Made by a program: the position numbers and the translations under genes
Part shown: positions 29,470 to 40,300 of the stretch, piece by piece
How positions within the stretch are numbered: position 1 is the first letter of the stretch
Layout of the letters: every line of letters begins with the position of its first letter
Assembly: GCA_963790025.1 (NCBI GenBank)
Contig: CAWBMP010000005.1
Span: 160,001 to 224,000, forward strand
Direction of reading: 5' to 3'
From: Nitrospirota bacterium
Lineage (GTDB): Bacteria; Nitrospirota; Thermodesulfovibrionia; Thermodesulfovibrionales; Dissulfurispiraceae
Length of the DNA stretch: 64,000 nt
The notes under the pieces: model-generated
What the model was told of the DNA's origin: nothing
The model's database searches: none
The model's input: only the letters and a program-made list of their open reading frames with translations

Positions 29470-32400
29470 ATGCCACTAACTCAGAACGTCCTTCAATTCA
29501 TCAAGACCCGTCGTGCCAAAATCATCGGTATTGTCGCCCTGGTTTTTTTCATCATTTTTTCGATCACCGGATTCTTCATCGTACCGCCATATGTGAAGTC
29601 AATTGCCCTGGACAAGCTGAGCAGGCAGCTCGGCCGGCCGGTCGCCATACAGTCGCTGAGTCTCAATCCATACACTCTATCGGTCACAATCAATGGACTT
29701 GTCGTTAAAGAGCCTGACCTGAAGCAGACATTTTTCTCGGTAGACAGCCTATATGTGAATGCAGCGATCATGTCTTTATTTAGAGGCGGTCCTGTCCTCA
29801 AAGAGATAAGAGTTGAAAAGCCGTACCTTCACGTTGTGCGCACGGCTGCGAACACCTATAACTTTTCGGATATCATTGAACGTTCCAAAAAAACTGCAAG
29901 TACTGCGGGTCCTTCAAAACCCGCCGTGTTTTCACTTAACAATATCCGCGTTGTTGACGGCAGCGTGGATTTCATAGACGAGCCGGTCGGAAAGGTGCAC
30001 ACGGTCCGCTCCCTTTCCTTCGCCATCCCGTTCGTATCGGACATGCCCGGCGATGTGAACATATTTGTAAAACCCATGTTCAAGGCGAATGTGAACGGAT
30101 CCGAGTTCGCTTTTGGAGGCGATACAAAACCTTTTTCAAACTCTGTTGAAACATCGGTAAATGTACAGCTGAAAGACCTGGACATACCTTTTTACATGGC
30201 GTATCTGCCTGTCAAGCCCAGGGCGATTGTAAGCTCGGGCCGTCTCGACATCAAGATGGCAATCTCCTTTCACAAGCATAAGGACCGTTCCACTGCGCTC
30301 ACGGTTTCCGGTGATGTGCTGCTGAAGAAGCTGGCTGTTACTGATTTGAGGAAGAGGCCTGTGGTCAGTTTCGATGCTCTTAACGTGTCTATAGCCTCGG
30401 CCGAACCTTTTGAGAAACGTATATCATTTTCGAACATCATACTGGAGTCGCCCAACCTCACCCTGGCTCGCGATCGTAGTGGAGCTTTGTCGATTTTCAG
30501 TCTTATGCCCGGTCATTCAGGACCTGTCCGTAAGGTCCGCGCCCCTGAAACGTCAGATGCTGCTGTTCCCGCAGCATCTGTGGAGGCTGGGAACATCGAG
30601 GTGCGAAAGGGAGTTATTAAGTTCAGTGATGCAGGAGCTGCAAAGCCTTTTGCCACCACTCTGAGTGATATTGAAGTCAAAGTTGCGCACTTCAGCACCC
30701 TAAAAGACAAACGGGCTGCATTTTCCGCCTCCCTGGTGACTGAGGCAGGGGAGACAGTAAAGGCGGATGGCGACATAGGCATGACACCGATTTTCTATGA
30801 GGGTAAACTCTCCGTTAATTCTGTTTTACTGAAAAAATACATGCCTTATCTTGCAAAGCAGGTCCTCTTTGACATTACGGATGGAAAGCTTGACCTGGCG
30901 GCCAATGTCAGTTATCAGGCACGTGGCGAGAAACCGGTGATGCGCCTTTCCGCACTCGAGACTTCTCTAAGGAATCTTCGTGCTGTGAAACGGGGAGAGA
31001 AGGAAGATTTCCTCAAAGTTGCTGCGTTTTCGATCAGAGATACGTTGATTGACCTCACTGAACGGAAGGTCGATATCGGCATTATGTCCACGGAAAAGGG
31101 TTTTTTCTTAATACGGAAGAATAAGGACGGGTCTCTGAATCTGGCAAACCTGATGCCTCCTGCGCCAGCCCCTCCGGTGAAGTCAGCGCCCTGGACAGTC
31201 ATGGTCCGCTCTCTTAACGCCGGGAACTATATGGGCAGGGTGGAGGACCTGAGCCCTGCAGAACCCGTCAGTCTTGATATAGACAGGATCGCTGTCAAAG
31301 GCAAGGGGCTCTCAACAGCAAAGAAGACCAGGGGGACGATCTCCCTTGCCTGCCGTGTTGCCAAAAAGGGTACGGTAGCGGCATCAGGGACTGTTTTACT
31401 GGAACCGCTTAATACGGCACTATCCATAAACATCAAAAACCTGCCCATAGCCCCTATGCAACCTTACGTTGCAGAAAAGGTCAAAGTGCTCTTTACCGGC
31501 GGCGCCATCAATGCAACGGGAAAAGTCACGGTTGGGATGACTGCAAAAGAGGGACTAAAAGCGGCTTATAAGGGCAAGGTATGGATAAACAACTTCACTA
31601 CGGCTGATGCCTTGAATTCGGAGGACCTGCTCAAATGGGACAGTCTGTACATGGGCGAAATGGACGTGCGCTATTCGCCGCTTTTTGTCGACATCAATGA
31701 GATATCACTTACAAATTTTTACTCCCGCATTATAGTCAACGCGGACCGCACGATCAACCTGAAGGAGGTCTTCAATATTGCACAGCCGCAGCAGCAACCC
31801 GTTCCGCAGGAACGGACGGAGCAGTCAACTGTACAGCCCGCTGCTTCAGAGCAAAAACCTGCAAAACAGAAGACGATCAAAATATCCAGGATCACGCTGC
31901 AGGGCGGAACGGTTGACTTCACTGACAAGTCCATAAAGCCGGCTTTTAACAGCAAGCTCTCAGAGATAGGCGGACGCGTCTCAGGGCTCTCGTCTGAAGA
32001 AAACAAATTCGGCGAGATCGACCTCAGGGGGAAGTACGATGGATACGCGCCACTCGATATCACAGGCAAGGTCAACCCACTTCGCGACGATCTGTATGTG
32101 GATGTCAAGTTTGACTTCAGGGACATGGACCTCGCGCATGTCAGCCCATATTCGGCCCGTTATGCCGGGTACACAATCCAGGAGGGAAAACTTTCCTTCC
32201 GGCTCGAATACCTTATTGTGAAGAACAAGCTGGACTCGAAGAACAGCATATTTATGGACCAGTTCACCTTCGGAGAGCGTGTTGAAAGCCCGCAGGCTAC
32301 AAAGCTCCCGGTCAGGCTCGCTGTTGCGCTGCTGAAGGACCGCAACGGCAAAATCAATCTGGACATTCCTGTAAGCGGCAACATACATGACCCCAAATTC

Positions 32401-33066
32401 AGCATCGGAGGCGTTATCTGGCAGGTCATAAAGAATCTCCTTGTGAAAGCCGTGACATCACCGTTCGCCTTGCTGGGTGCTATTTTCGGGGGCGATGGCG
32501 AGCAGTTGAGCTATGTCGAATTTGATCCTGGTATTTCAACACTCGCTGATTCATCTCAAAAGAAGCTCGATAACGTTGTTAAGGCACTATATGAACGGCC
32601 AAATCTCAAGATGGACATTGTTGGCCATGTCGATTCTGAAAAAGACCGGGAGGGGCTTAAACAATATCTTTTGATGCGTAAGGTAAAGGCACAGAAGCTC
32701 AAATATCTCGCCAAAAAGGGAATGGAGGTCCCATCTCTCGATGCAGTTACAGTAACGGACAAGGAGTATCCGGATTACCTGAAACGCGCGTACAGTGAAG
32801 AGAAGTTTCCCAAGCCCCGCAACTTTATAGGTATCGCCAAAAGCCTGCCTGTGCCGGAGATGCAGAAGCTCATGCTGACCAATACGAAAATAACCGAAGA
32901 AGACCTGAAGGCGCTTGCTTCGCAACGTGCCATGGCTGTCAAAGATTACATTTTGAAATCGAAAAAGGTCGAGCCGGGGCGTATCTTTTTCGTGGAGCCC
33001 AAATCCCTTGAGCCGGAGAAGAAGGAGCAGGTAAAAAATAGCCGCGTGGACCTGGTGCTGAAATGA
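29470..33066 (+). CDS. DUF748 (AsmA-like) envelope protein with an OmpA-like C-terminal region
   Basis: N-terminal TM, repeated beta-rich units, 'SLNPYTLS', 'LPVRLAVALLKDRNGKINLDIPVSG', 'LKALASQRA..VK'. Confidence 0.85.
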   Translation: MPLTQNVLQFIKTRRAKIIGIVALVFFIIFSITGFFIVPPYVKSIALDKLSRQLGRPVAIQSLSLNPYTLSVTINGLVVKEPDLKQTFFSVDSLYVNAAIMSLFRGGPVLKEIRVEKPYLHVVRTAANTYNFSDIIERSKKTASTAGPSKPAVFSLNNIRVVDGSVDFIDEPVGKVHTVRSLSFAIPFVSDMPGDVNIFVKPMFKANVNGSEFAFGGDTKPFSNSVETSVNVQLKDLDIPFYMAYLPVKPRAIVSSGRLDIKMAISFHKHKDRSTALTVSGDVLLKKLAVTDLRKRPVVSFDALNVSIASAEPFEKRISFSNIILESPNLTLARDRSGALSIFSLMPGHSGPVRKVRAPETSDAAVPAASVEAGNIEVRKGVIKFSDAGAAKPFATTLSDIEVKVAHFSTLKDKRAAFSASLVTEAGETVKADGDIGMTPIFYEGKLSVNSVLLKKYMPYLAKQVLFDITDGKLDLAANVSYQARGEKPVMRLSALETSLRNLRAVKRGEKEDFLKVAAFSIRDTLIDLTERKVDIGIMSTEKGFFLIRKNKDGSLNLANLMPPAPAPPVKSAPWTVMVRSLNAGNYMGRVEDLSPAEPVSLDIDRIAVKGKGLSTAKKTRGTISLACRVAKKGTVAASGTVLLEPLNTALSINIKNLPIAPMQPYVAEKVKVLFTGGAINATGKVTVGMTAKEGLKAAYKGKVWINNFTTADALNSEDLLKWDSLYMGEMDVRYSPLFVDINEISLTNFYSRIIVNADRTINLKEVFNIAQPQQQPVPQERTEQSTVQPAASEQKPAKQKTIKISRITLQGGTVDFTDKSIKPAFNSKLSEIGGRVSGLSSEENKFGEIDLRGKYDGYAPLDITGKVNPLRDDLYVDVKFDFRDMDLAHVSPYSARYAGYTIQEGKLSFRLEYLIVKNKLDSKNSIFMDQFTFGERVESPQATKLPVRLAVALLKDRNGKINLDIPVSGNIHDPKFSIGGVIWQVIKNLLVKAVTSPFALLGAIFGGDGEQLSYVEFDPGISTLADSSQKKLDNVVKALYERPNLKMDIVGHVDSEKDREGLKQYLLMRKVKAQKLKYLAKKGMEVPSLDAVTVTDKEYPDYLKRAYSEEKFPKPRNFIGIAKSLPVPEMQKLMLTNTKITEEDLKALASQRAMAVKDYILKSKKVEPGRIFFVEPKSLEPEKKEQVKNSRVDLVLK

Positions 33067-33191
33067 TTCCTTCACCACTCTTGTTCGCTATTCTCATGAA
33101 GATACGATGCTGTCAATAAGCATAGGTGGCTATTAATTCTTTATTAATGCCATACTAACCATAGAAAGTTCAGAGGTTTTTTAACTAGGAG

Positions 33192-33230
33192 ATGGCCACG
33201 GGGACTTTTAGCTCTGTGGCTATTTTATTT
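33192..33230 (+). terminator. Rho-independent terminator-like hairpin
   Basis: atggccacggg/tctgtggctat 11-bp stem followed by tttattttt. Confidence 0.5.
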
Positions 33231-33321
33231 TGGATTACAGTGAATTCTGATTGTAGTTAACCAGTAAGGAACTGAGTGTCCCCTGTGCCAAGCAGGGACA
33301 CTCTCCTTCAAGGAAGGGGAC

Positions 33322-33696
33322 ATGAGCAGAAGTGAAAAGGATGACGAACAGATGGAAAGAAGGCAGAGAAAGAGTTATGCAAGTCTTCTGTCTGAACGCT
33401 ATCCGGACATTTCTTCCATTGTTGTTTCCATGGATTATTATCAGCGGAATACCGGGCTGGTTCTAATAAAGCGCACTGTCAACTTCTTCCCCAGCAGTGC
33501 CGCCTACTTTCTCATGGAATGCGTGAGACACGATTGCACTGACGGCGGTTATAATCTTGAGCCTGTTATTGCGAATATGGCGCGGGACCACATCGAATCA
33601 GGGGATGGAGAACTGGTCTGTACCGGGGACAATCTCTTAAATCCCTCAGGCCATGCCCGGATCAATTACACGATTGCTATTCACTATAGCAATTAA
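33322..33696 (+). CDS. Hypothetical protein, Cys-containing (possible metal site)
   Basis: 124 aa with SD; 'EC...DC.DGGYNL' and 'GELVC'. Confidence 0.7.
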   Translation: MSRSEKDDEQMERRQRKSYASLLSERYPDISSIVVSMDYYQRNTGLVLIKRTVNFFPSSAAYFLMECVRHDCTDGGYNLEPVIANMARDHIESGDGELVCTGDNLLNPSGHARINYTIAIHYSN

Positions 33697-33825
33697 CAGC
33701 CCCGGGGGATAACACGGCATATTAGCTGTTTGTATTTGCAGGACCATCTTGCATACGGAGTACTGGCGACCTGGCGGTGTGATCGCGGGGAAAAGCCGAG
33801 GGTCAACGAAACAAGGAGGAGCGCA

Positions 33826-33939
33826 ATGGGAGACAAAGGCGGCAAGAAGGATAAGGAAAAGGGGCAGAAACAGAACGCCGAAAAACATAAGAAAGAGTCA
33901 CAAAGAAAGCTGGACAAACAACCGGAAAAGAAATCTTGA
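33826..33939 (+). CDS. 37-aa Lys-rich small protein
   Basis: Strong SD aaggagga 5 nt before ATG; MGDKGGKKDKEKGQKQ... Confidence 0.7.
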   Translation: MGDKGGKKDKEKGQKQNAEKHKKESQRKLDKQPEKKS

Positions 33940-33952
33940 CGGAACTACCTAC

Positions 33953-34180
33953 ATGAAAAAAACAAATCCCAAACATGAGATTTTCGCAAAGCTGCAAGAA
34001 ATTGTGAGTTCAAAAGAAGGCCTTTGGTGGAAGATGAGGGATCTTGCCAAAACTCACGACTACCTTATCATTTCCGACGACTACGGGAAGATTCTCAAGA
34101 AACTTGACTTGCTGGAAGCGGACTTGGGACCGACACAAGAGATTGCAGCACTGCGGTCAGCAATCGCAGGGCAAGCTTAG
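33953..34180 (+). CDS. Hypothetical protein, 75 aa
   Basis: ATG 13 nt after the previous stop; protein-like helical composition. Confidence 0.5.
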   Translation: MKKTNPKHEIFAKLQEIVSSKEGLWWKMRDLAKTHDYLIISDDYGKILKKLDLLEADLGPTQEIAALRSAIAGQA

Positions 34181-34302
34181 ACTCAGTTACATTAGAAGGG
34201 CATTGCTTATGCCGGAGTGTAAGCATGCCCTATCAAAGTGAGGAGTCTCCGAGTAATAAAAGACTATTTGTTTTCAGAAAGAAGGAGACCTCAAACTTGA
34301 AG

Positions 34303-37300
34303 ATGCCCAACAAGACCATACTCGGAAGCCTGCCGTATTTGCGCGCAAGCCTCCGCGAAACAGACCTGGCACAAAAGTGCGCCGTCTGCGAGCCTCCGCT
34401 GCGGTCAGAATTATTCAGCAGCGATCAGATGGAGCAGCATGGCAAGACCCTCGCCGGCCTGCACAAATTGAGCCCGGGATATCCTCCTGATCAGCTCCTG
34501 ACACGCCTGGCCGACAATGAAGGCATACTGACCGGAACCCGTCGCCTGCTGATGGAGGCGGTCACAACTGATCGCCGGATTACGCCCGCAGGCGACTGGT
34601 TGCTCGATAACTTTTATCTGATCGAAGAACAGATACGCATGGCCAGGAGACATCTGCCGAAGGGGTACAGCCGGGAGCTTCCCCGGTTGAAGGGCGGCCT
34701 TTCGGCCGGACTTCCGCGCGTGTACGATATAGCTCTGGAGACGATCTCACACAGCGATGGCAGGATAGATCCGGGAAGTCTCAGCAGGTTTGTTGCAGCC
34801 TACCAGACAGTCACCGTCCTGAAGTTGGGAGAATTGTGGGCCATCCCTATTATGCTGCGGCTCGCGTTGATCGAGAATCTCCGACGCGTTGGGGCACGGA
34901 TCGCTGCCGACAGGCTCGACCGGAACCAGGCTGATTATTGGGCGGACCGGATTAGCGAGATCGCCGGGAAGGACCCTAAGAGCCTGATATTGGTCATCGC
35001 GGACATGGCGCGGTCAGAGCCGCTGCTGAAGAGCGCGTTCGTTGCGGAATTCGCCCGCCGGCTTCAGGGCCAGGGCCCTGCCCTGGCAATGCCGCTCACC
35101 TGGATTGAACAGCGACTCTCCGAAAGCAGTCTGACGATTGACCATTTGGTCCAGTCGGAGAACCAACAACAAGCAGCTGATCAGGTCTCGATGAGCAACA
35201 GCATCGGCAGCCTTCGTTTCCTTGGCACGATGGACTGGCGGGAGTTTGTCGAGACGATGAGCGAGGTAGAACAGACTCTGCGTGAAGACTCCGGCGGTAC
35301 GTACGCCGCAATGGACTTCTCTACTCGTGATCGTTACCGCCACGTGGTGGAGAAAATAGCGAAGAGTGGCCGGCTCTCGGAAGGCGAAGTGGCAGCCGCT
35401 GCGGTCAGGCTTGCTCAAGGGAACATGGCCGATAAGAACGGCACTCGCGGCAGAGATGATCGCGATACCCACGTGGGATATTATCTGATCGACAAGGGAT
35501 TGCCGCAGCTTGAAGAGCTGGCGAATGTGCGCTCGTCTGTCTCCGGCTTCCTTCGGAAAGTTAGTTCCAGGTTCCCTTTGCCCCTCTATCTGGGCGCCAT
35601 CATGCTCATGACGGTTATTGTCACCGGGGGGTTACTGACAAAGGCGCATAGTGACGGCTTACACAATTCTCTGATCGTTATAACCGGTATCCTCTCATTG
35701 CTGTGTACAAGTCAGCTGGCGGTTGCAGTGGTGAACTGGCTTGCGACCTTGCTGACAATTCCTCAGCAACTCCCGCGAATGGATTTTTCAAAAGGGATTC
35801 CACCTGAATCGCGGACTCTCACAATTGTCCCGACCATGCTCACAAGCGCCGAAGGTATAGAGGACCTGATAGAAGCGCTGGAAGTCAGGTTCCTGGCAAA
35901 TCGCGACGAAAACCTGCACTTCGGTCTTCTGACTGATTTTCAGGATGCGGCAGAGGAAACACTGCCGGAAGATGTCCCGCTATTACTGCTGCTCCGGCAG
36001 AGAATTGAAGCCCTCAATGAAAAGTACGAGAATGCAAAAGGAGATACCTTCTTTCTTTTTCACCGTCCGCGCCGATGGAACGCCCGGGAGCGGGTTTGGA
36101 TGGGCTACGAGCGCAAGCGCGGTAAGCTGTCGGCCTTGAATGCCCTGTTGCGCCCCACGGAAAATGGTGGGACACATGATCTATCGGATAATCGTTTTTC
36201 GCTCGTCGTCGGCAATACTGCGGTGTTGTTAAACGTAAAATACGTGATCACCATTGACACAGACACTCAACTTCCTCGCGATTCGGCGCGGCAGCTTGTA
36301 GGCGCCATGGCGCACCCGCTGAATCGTGCGCACTACGACGAAGGCGAACAGCGCGTTGTTGCGGGGTACGGCATCCTTCAGCCGCGAGTAGCGGTGAGTC
36401 TGCCAGGCACAAACCGCTCACGATATGCACGCATGTACGGAAGTGATCCCGGCATTGACCCATACACACGTGCTGTTTCGGACGTCTACCAGGACATCTT
36501 CCTGGAAGGTTCCTTTATCGGCAAGGGGATCTATGATGTAGACGCATTCGAACGGGCGCTGGGCGGACGTTTACCCGAGAACCGGATTCTCAGCCATGAT
36601 CTTATCGAGGGCTGTTACGCACGCTCCGGGCTGTTGAGTGATGTAATGGTTTACGAGGAGTATCCGTGCCGCTACAGCGCGGACGTTAGCCGCAGGCACA
36701 GGTGGATTCGCGGGGACTGGCAGCTTGTGCGCTGGCTGCTGCCGTTTATCCCTGGTCACGGGCCCGGCCCCGACGGACAGCGCCGGAAGAATCCTCTCTC
36801 CCCGCTGTCCCGATGGAAGCTTTTCGACAACCTTCGGCGCAGTCTCGTCCCTTCTGCATTGACACTTCTATTGCTGTTGGGTTGGACGGTCTTGTCGTCG
36901 CCATGGTTCTGGACCTTGTCGGTGATCGGGATCATTTTTATTCCTTTTTTGATATCCTCTGTCCTGGACCTGCTTAAAAAACCGGATGGTGTGCTATTCG
37001 GGCAGCATCTCACAGCCGTGGGGCATTCCACGGTCCGTCGTTTTGTTCAGGTTGTGTTTACGCTTGCTTGTCTTCCGTACGAGGCATTTTTCAGTTTGGA
37101 TGCTATTGAGCGTACGGCCTGGAGAATGCTTATCACGCACAAGCGCCTTCTCGAATGGAATCCGTCAGGCGGTCCGGACCGAAATTATTCCCGTATGGGT
37201 GGTCTCGCCGGCGTTTGCCGGACAATGTGGTCCGCTCCCTTTCTTGCCGTCTCAGCAATAGTTTATCTGGCACTTTCTAACCCCGCTGCCCTGACAGCGG

Positions 37301-40300
37301 CTGCGCCCATACTGCTTTTCTGGTTTGCATCACCCTTTATTGCGTGGCGTGTCAGCCTGCCGCTTGCCCGCAGTGAAGCAAGACTGAGACCCGACCAGAT
37401 CGTTTTTCTACAAAAGCTTTCCCGAAAGACCTGGGCCTTCTTCGAGACCTTGGTAGGCCCCGAAGAGCATTGGCTGCCGCCGGATAACTATCAGGAGCAC
37501 CCTGCCGCTGTTGTTGCTCACCGCACGTCTCCGACTAACATGGGACTTGCGCTTCTGGCGAATTTATCCGCCCATGACTTTGGCTACATTTCTATGCTGC
37601 AACTCGTCGAACGCACGACGAATGCACTCTCCACGATGGAAGCGCTGGAGCGCTACCGGGGCCACTTTTACAACTGGTACGACACGCGGTCTCTGAAGCC
37701 GCTGCCGCCCAAATACGTTTCGACCGTGGACAGCGGGAACCTTGCAGCCCATCTGCTTACATTGCGACAGGGCCTGCTCACGCTTCCCGACCAGGCGCTA
37801 CTGGGCCCGCGAGTGTTTATCGGGCTCCGCGACACACTATGGGTACTCCTAGACAGCGCGGCCGGAACACGGTATGAAGGAGACATCACTGCATCGTTCG
37901 CTCAACTGCAGAACGAGCTTGAATCCGCGTGCAATGTCCAACCAACTGCGCTCCCGGCTGTGAGGCTCCATCTTGATCAACTCGCAAAGCTCGCAGAAGA
38001 GGCGCTTTCCGGGATCGATAGTTTGGGTGTCGGTCCGGAGAATCTGCCGGAGAATCTGATAGTCTGGTGGGCACGCGCGCTTGCCGGTCAATGCCGGGCC
38101 GCACTCGATGAACTGACGCTGCTCGCCGCTTCCACGGTCCGCGACATTGATGAGATGCCGACCTTGCGAGAACTGGCAAACACTGGAAGCGATGTCGCCG
38201 CTGAGAGGATTACGGCTATTGAAAAGCTCGTTTTGCAATCCGGTGAACTCAGCCGCATGCAGTATGACTTCCTGTTCGACAGGGCGAGTCATTTGCTATC
38301 CATCGGGTACAACGTCGACGGCCGCAGGCTGGACACGAGTTACTATGACCTGCTGGCTTCGGAAGCGAGACTCTGCAGTTTCGTAGCAATCGCCCAGGGA
38401 CAATTGCCGCAGGAGAGCTGGTTTGCCCTTGGGCGCTTGCTTACTAACGTCGGTGGAGAGCCGATCCTCGTTTCCTGGAGCGGTTCTATGTTCGAATACC
38501 TCATGCCGCTCCTGGTAATGCCGACGTATGAACGTACGCTGCTCGACGAGACCTGCAGGGCTTCTGTGGCCAGGCAGATCGAATATGGGAGAAAACGCGG
38601 TGTACCCTGGGGCATTTCGGAATCCGGCTACAACACGATCGATGCTCAGCTCAACTACCAGTACCGCGCCTTCGGCGTACCCGGCCTGGGACTTAAACGC
38701 GGGCTCGCGGACGATCTGGTAATTGCGCCCTATGCCTCGGCTCTTGCCCTGATGGTAATGCCCGAGGAGGCGTGCGTCAATCTGCAGCGGCTCGCTGAGG
38801 AAGGATATGAGGGAAAATTCGGCTTCTATGAAGCGATCGATTACACTCCCTCGCGTTTGCCGCTCAGGCAATCGAGTGCCGTGGTCCGGTCATTTATGGC
38901 CCATCATGTGGGCATGAGCTTTCTTTCCCTGACCTATCTGCTTTTGGACCGTCCCATGCAGAAACGATTCGAGTCGGATCCCTTGTTTCAGGCAACCACG
39001 CTTTTGCTCCAGGAGCGTGTGCCAAGTGCCACGGGATTCTATTCGCAGACCGCCGACCTCTCCGAATCACATGCGGTTCCAACTGGCGCCAAGACCTCCG
39101 TGCGCTCTTTCAGCAGCCCGGACACGCCCTTTCCCCAGGTGCATTTGCTGTCGAACGGCAGATACCACGTGATGATCACGAACGCCGGCGGCGGGTACAG
39201 CCGATGGAAGGACATCGCGGTCACACGCTGGCGTGAAGACAGTACCCGCGACAACTGGGGCGCGTTTTGTTATATCCGTGAGGTAGCAAGCGGGGAGTTC
39301 TGGTCAGCCGCATTTCAGCCTACTCTTAAACACTCTAAGAATTATGAGGCGATTTTTTCGGAAGGCCGCGCCGAGTTTCGCCGCCGGGACCACGACTTTG
39401 ACACGCACACCGAGATCGCTGTTTCTCCCGAGGATGATATTGAGCTGCGTCGGATTAAGATCACCAACCGCGGCCGGACCCGCAGAGAGATCGAAATCAC
39501 AAGTTACGCGGAGGTTGTCCTTGCTTCGCCTGCTGCAGACATTCTTCATCCTGCGTTCAGCAATCTTTTCGTTCGGACGGAGATCATCGATCACAGGAAA
39601 GCGATCCTCTGCACCCGCCGCCCCCGGTCACTCGACGAGCACTCCCCATGGATGTTTAATCTGATGGCTGTCCACGGCGCGGAAACCGGCGAAGTTTCTT
39701 ATGAGACCGACCGCTTGCGGTTTATCGGCCGCGGAAACACCGTTGCCGACCCACAAGCGATGACCGGGTCTGCTGCACTCTCGGGCGCTGAGGGTTCAAT
39801 GCTCGATCCGATCGTTGCTATACGGTATCGCGTGACCCTTGATCCGGAAGAATCGGCAACAATAAACGTTGTCACCGGCATCGGTGAAAGCCGCGACATC
39901 TGTATGGGTCTTGTAGAGAAATACCAGGACCGGTATCTCTCAGACCGCGTTTTCGAACTCGCATGGACGCACAGCCAGGTGCTCCTGCGGCAGATCAACG
40001 CCACGGAAGCCGATGCGCAACTCTATGGACGTCTCGCCTGCGCAGTAATCTACGCCAATTCTTCGCTGCGCGCCGACCCGGGCGTCATCATCAGAAACCG
40101 CCGCGGGCAATCGGGTCTTTGGGGTTACTCCATTTCCGGTGACCTCCCTATAGTGCTGTTGCAGATCGCAGATCCGGCCAACATAGGCCTGGTAGGCCAG
40201 CTCGTACAGGCCCACGCATACTGGCGCCTCAAGGGACTGGTGGTGGACCTTGTGATCTGGAACGAAGATCACGCCGGTTACCGGCAGCTTTTGCAAGATC

